DNA of 63,773 nt, the filler included, from Dimorphilus gyrociliatus (lineage: Eukaryota > Animalia > Annelida), in the NCBI GenBank assembly GCA_904063045.1. It is 5 parts of 5 records of this genome, joined end to end, with 100 filler letters (N's around TTAATTAATTAA, not from the genome) between each part and the next. Parts side by side here need not be neighbours in the genome. Positions count along the whole stretch, not along the records: positions 54,904 to 61,012 come from CAJFCJ010000046.1; positions 61,113 to 63,773 come from CAJFCJ010000338.1; 3 more parts are not named here. One strand, written 5' to 3'. A program made the translations under genes and the position numbers. Below, one piece after another: positions 60,637-63,773 of this stretch. Numbering within the stretch: position 1 is the stretch's first letter; each line of letters starts with the position of its first letter. Under the pieces are notes generated by a model. It was not told where the DNA came from. It saw only the letters and a list, made by a program, of their open reading frames with translations, and did not search any database.

Positions 60637-61012
60637 TGTACTGCTCTTGCTTGGCAAATTTATGCGTTTGCAAGTTACAACAATACTGGTTCCACTCGAA
60701 CCTTTAAACAAATGTTTAAAATAAAACGGTTTATTCGCAATAATAATACTTAAGCAAGTAACAATATGAGAGTTCAATAGTAGAGTAGATAGTGAGTAAT
60801 AGCAGGTTGCCAAATTACCAAACTGTCTTTCAATGTTGAGAAGTAGATGGATGGTTCCAGTGGAGGTTGTTTCCAGGTTATCTTTCCAGGTCCTTGGGTC
60901 CAGACACGAATGCTTAGAATGAAAATAGTGAGTGAGGATTTATATACTTTAAGGTTTACCTCTGATATCCCACTAATCACTTTACAGTTGGCAAACTGTG
61001 TAGTTCATATTT
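60637..61012. mobile_element. LTR copy truncated by the gap
   Basis: Starts TGTACTGCTCTTGC, collinear with 50242 and 52292. Confidence 0.88.
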
Positions 61013-61112
61013 NNNNNNNNNNNNNNNNNNNNNNNNNNNNNNNNNNNNNNNNNNNNTTAATTAATTAANNNNNNNNNNNNNNNNNNNNNNNNNNNNNNNN
61101 NNNNNNNNNNNN
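61013..61112. other. Assembly gap with TTAATTAATTAA linker
   Basis: 44 N + 12 nt + 44 N. Confidence 0.95.
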
Positions 61113-61194
61113 AAATGAATATTTAACACAAAAATAACAAACAATTATCTTTCATTGTAAGTATTTATTCAAAGTCATTTTGGCAAAGTTAGAA

Positions 61195-61652
61195 TTAATA
61201 TTGTGCATATTTTCTTAGCAAATCTTCCTTGGGATGTCCCTCCACATGTGCAACTTTATTGCCATTCTTCATAACAAAGACATGAGGCGCACTATTTACC
61301 TTTATAAATAAAATATGAATCTGTAAAAACAGCATATTTAAAAAGTTATGTAATTTACTTCGAATTTCTTAGCAATCTCTTCCAATTCATCAATATCTAC
61401 TTGGATAAAGATAGCATTTGGAAACTCTTCAGATACTTTTTCATAAAGAATGCTCAGGCGTTTAGAGATTGGAGACCACAGAGCAGAAAAATGAATCAAT
61501 ACTGGCTTATCAACAGCATTCTTTATAGTTTCATCAAACTGTTTCTGTTTGCAGATTAAGCAACAACTTAATTTATAGAAGCAATAGAAAATAGGAAAGA
61601 GATGATGGACACACAATGTACATACCACAGAGCTAATATTAGTAACTACCAT
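61195..61652 (-). CDS. Thioredoxin-fold protein lacking the CxxC active site; 3 exons, 105 aa
   Basis: Exons 61652-61626, 61544-61359 and 61299-61195 give MVVTNISSVKQFDETI...VLIHFSALWSPISKRL...VDIDELEEIAKKFEVNSAPHVFVMKNGNKV. AATAAA about 25 nt downstream. Confidence 0.85.
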
Positions 61653-63773
61653 TCTTCCTTCTTGATTGCTTGCCTGCTGCTAACAAATTGCCTTTGAAAT
61701 GGTTCCACAATTTATACCAAGTTTACAAATAGAATGTTTATGGCAACTGGTGTTTACAGTTCCACAAAATGTTAATAAAAATCAATTGATTTTATTATTA
61801 TTGCCAATTGAGAGAAATATTGATAATTTGCTACAATTATTTTGAATTGTACATAAAAAAGGATTTATTAGCAAATAATAACATTCTTCAAAATTACTCA
61901 CTAATACTATTTGTTGTGAAATATTCTTCAATACTTGAACGTGTAATAGATAATTTGAATCATTTTTTTCGCATTTTACAAAATTATGAATTAAGATGTT
62001 TTTTATTAATTTTTTGAAGCCCTCAGAAGCTGTTTCTTAATTTATTCTCCCATTTCCATTTTACTTTTTTAGGAATTTTTGGTTCATAACAACAGTATTC
62101 ACCCAATCATTTACTGAATCATCAAAGTTCTGATCCAAATAGAACCTTTTATATTCATCAACAAATAGTCTTAATAAATGTAATTTTGGTAGAAATAAAT
62201 CAAGGAATATAATACTTTCAAAAGTTCTATCATTTTAATTCCCAAATATCAATACATTACTATAAAATCAATAAAAAAATCATTTTTTACACAAAAGAAA
62301 AAGCAGGCATGCATTAACGTGATCTGTACTGCAGTGTTTTGTTTTGTTAAAACTTCTCTCTTGTTTACCCCAGAACAGAGAGGATAAGGTGCCACATTGA
62401 CAGATGTTCATATAATATTTTCAATTCTAAACTACTTACTTGTATGGATATGGAATTAATTGAGGAAAAAGAGGAATTAAATTGGTTGATTCTTTTGTAT
62501 TCAATCAGTATAGGCCTAATTTTTTAAAAATTGAATAAAAGGAAACAAATCTTTTTAGCAATATTTTTTTATTTAAACTGTTTTTGATTGATTTCAAGAT
62601 AACCACTTTTTAACCCACTCAACCTTCTCTCTGTGGCCAACATGTACCACTGCAAACTAAGCTTCCATCTTCATCATATGGTATTGAATAACAACTTTGA
62701 CATGCATCTTTTCCATGTTCTTTGTTAATTCCCAAGTAGCCACCATCTGTTATGGTCAGACAGTCTTACATTTACTTTTATACATTTCAAAAGCTTGGGT
62801 TCGATTGGTCAAAGGATAACAAAGTTGAAATCTGACAGTCTCATAATTGTCATGTAACAAAAATATGAAAGACTGTTATATCACACATATAAAATATCAT
62901 TTCTGTTGAAGTCCTACTTACCAACCTTATCAGTTAACAACAGTAATACTCTTATCTTTATTCATCATTTTTGGTCAAATATGCATTTTATAAATGGAAA
63001 AACTTTAATTTTAATATGTTTATTTTTAGACCCTTAGACAAGAAATGTACATATTGGACAGGAATGAACAGAGTAAACACTACGACTGATAAATTGTCAT
63101 GAATCTCATACTGAAGATATTAACTTTATAATTGAGTTTTCAGATAGATTTGTTTGTCAAGTGATTCAAGTTTCTTTAACAAAATGACTTGTTTTAGATA
63201 TATTTTACTGTTAGTTTCCATTTTGTCTATTGAAACTTCAAGTTAAGAAAATAGTATTTCCTTCAAAATGGCAGTATCGACATTCCACAGAAAAAAAGAA
63301 TGTTTTAAAACCATTTTTTAATCAATTATCGCTCATAGATAACTGCATGTTTAAGTAGTGCTTTGAAAATTTCTAAATTCTTTCTTTATATTTTTATATC
63401 AATACCATAGTGTTCAAGTAGGTTTGTTACAGTTGGTAGTGGAATTATAAGTAGTGGACAACCATTTAGATATAATACCAGGTCTTCTTTTACAAACATT
63501 CATTCAATAATGTACTTATTTCTAAAATTCTATCATTCTAATTCTCAAATATCAATACATCACTACTTATATGTGTAGAGATGAAGTTTTTATGACCCAT
63601 TATCAAAGGTTGGATATTCTAAAGGAAATTAATGATTTGAACTTTTATTCCATATATGTTTAAAAACATCAATTAGGTAGAATCAAAGTATCAATCAACT
63701 GAATGTGTATCTTTAAAGTTGTAATTGTAATTTGGGACAATGTTTTAACAAAGGGGTCGGGTGTGAACGTACC

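Noticed and set aside
2440-62520. Frequent (T/A)GGCCTA hexamers in intergenic DNA
   Set aside because: Enrichment cannot be quantified by eye and has no consistent position relative to genes.

Overview
AT-rich animal genomic DNA with very short introns (about 50-110 bp). TTAGGG-type repeats, an AChBP and LDLa-LRR GPCRs suggest a compact lophotrochozoan genome, for example a miniaturised annelid (inference, not verified). Four 100-bp gaps carry an artificial TTAATTAATTAA linker, so adjacency across them is uncertain. The first ~22 kb is a mostly CpG-rich block of intact genes: two intronless RING-Bbox-coiled-coil proteins fused to ribonuclease-inhibitor/NLR-type LRR arrays, an LRR-only paralog, an 11-exon Ig-like protein with a likely GPI signal, an SDR, two class A GPCRs, a soluble acetylcholine-binding protein and a fucosyltransferase-like gene. 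Two near-identical inverted IR/DR-type DD35E Tc1 elements bracket most of this block. The rest is strongly CpG-depleted and rich in Tc1, MULE and LTR remnants and pseudogenes (NACHT, LRR, LDLa-LRR-GPCR, GST). It also holds an apparently intact LDLa-LRR GPCR and an intact cysteine-free thioredoxin. Best candidate for an undescribed system: a TRIM-LRR family that couples an E3-ligase module directly to a variable NLR-like LRR surface and shows birth-and-death evolution next to an NLR remnant.
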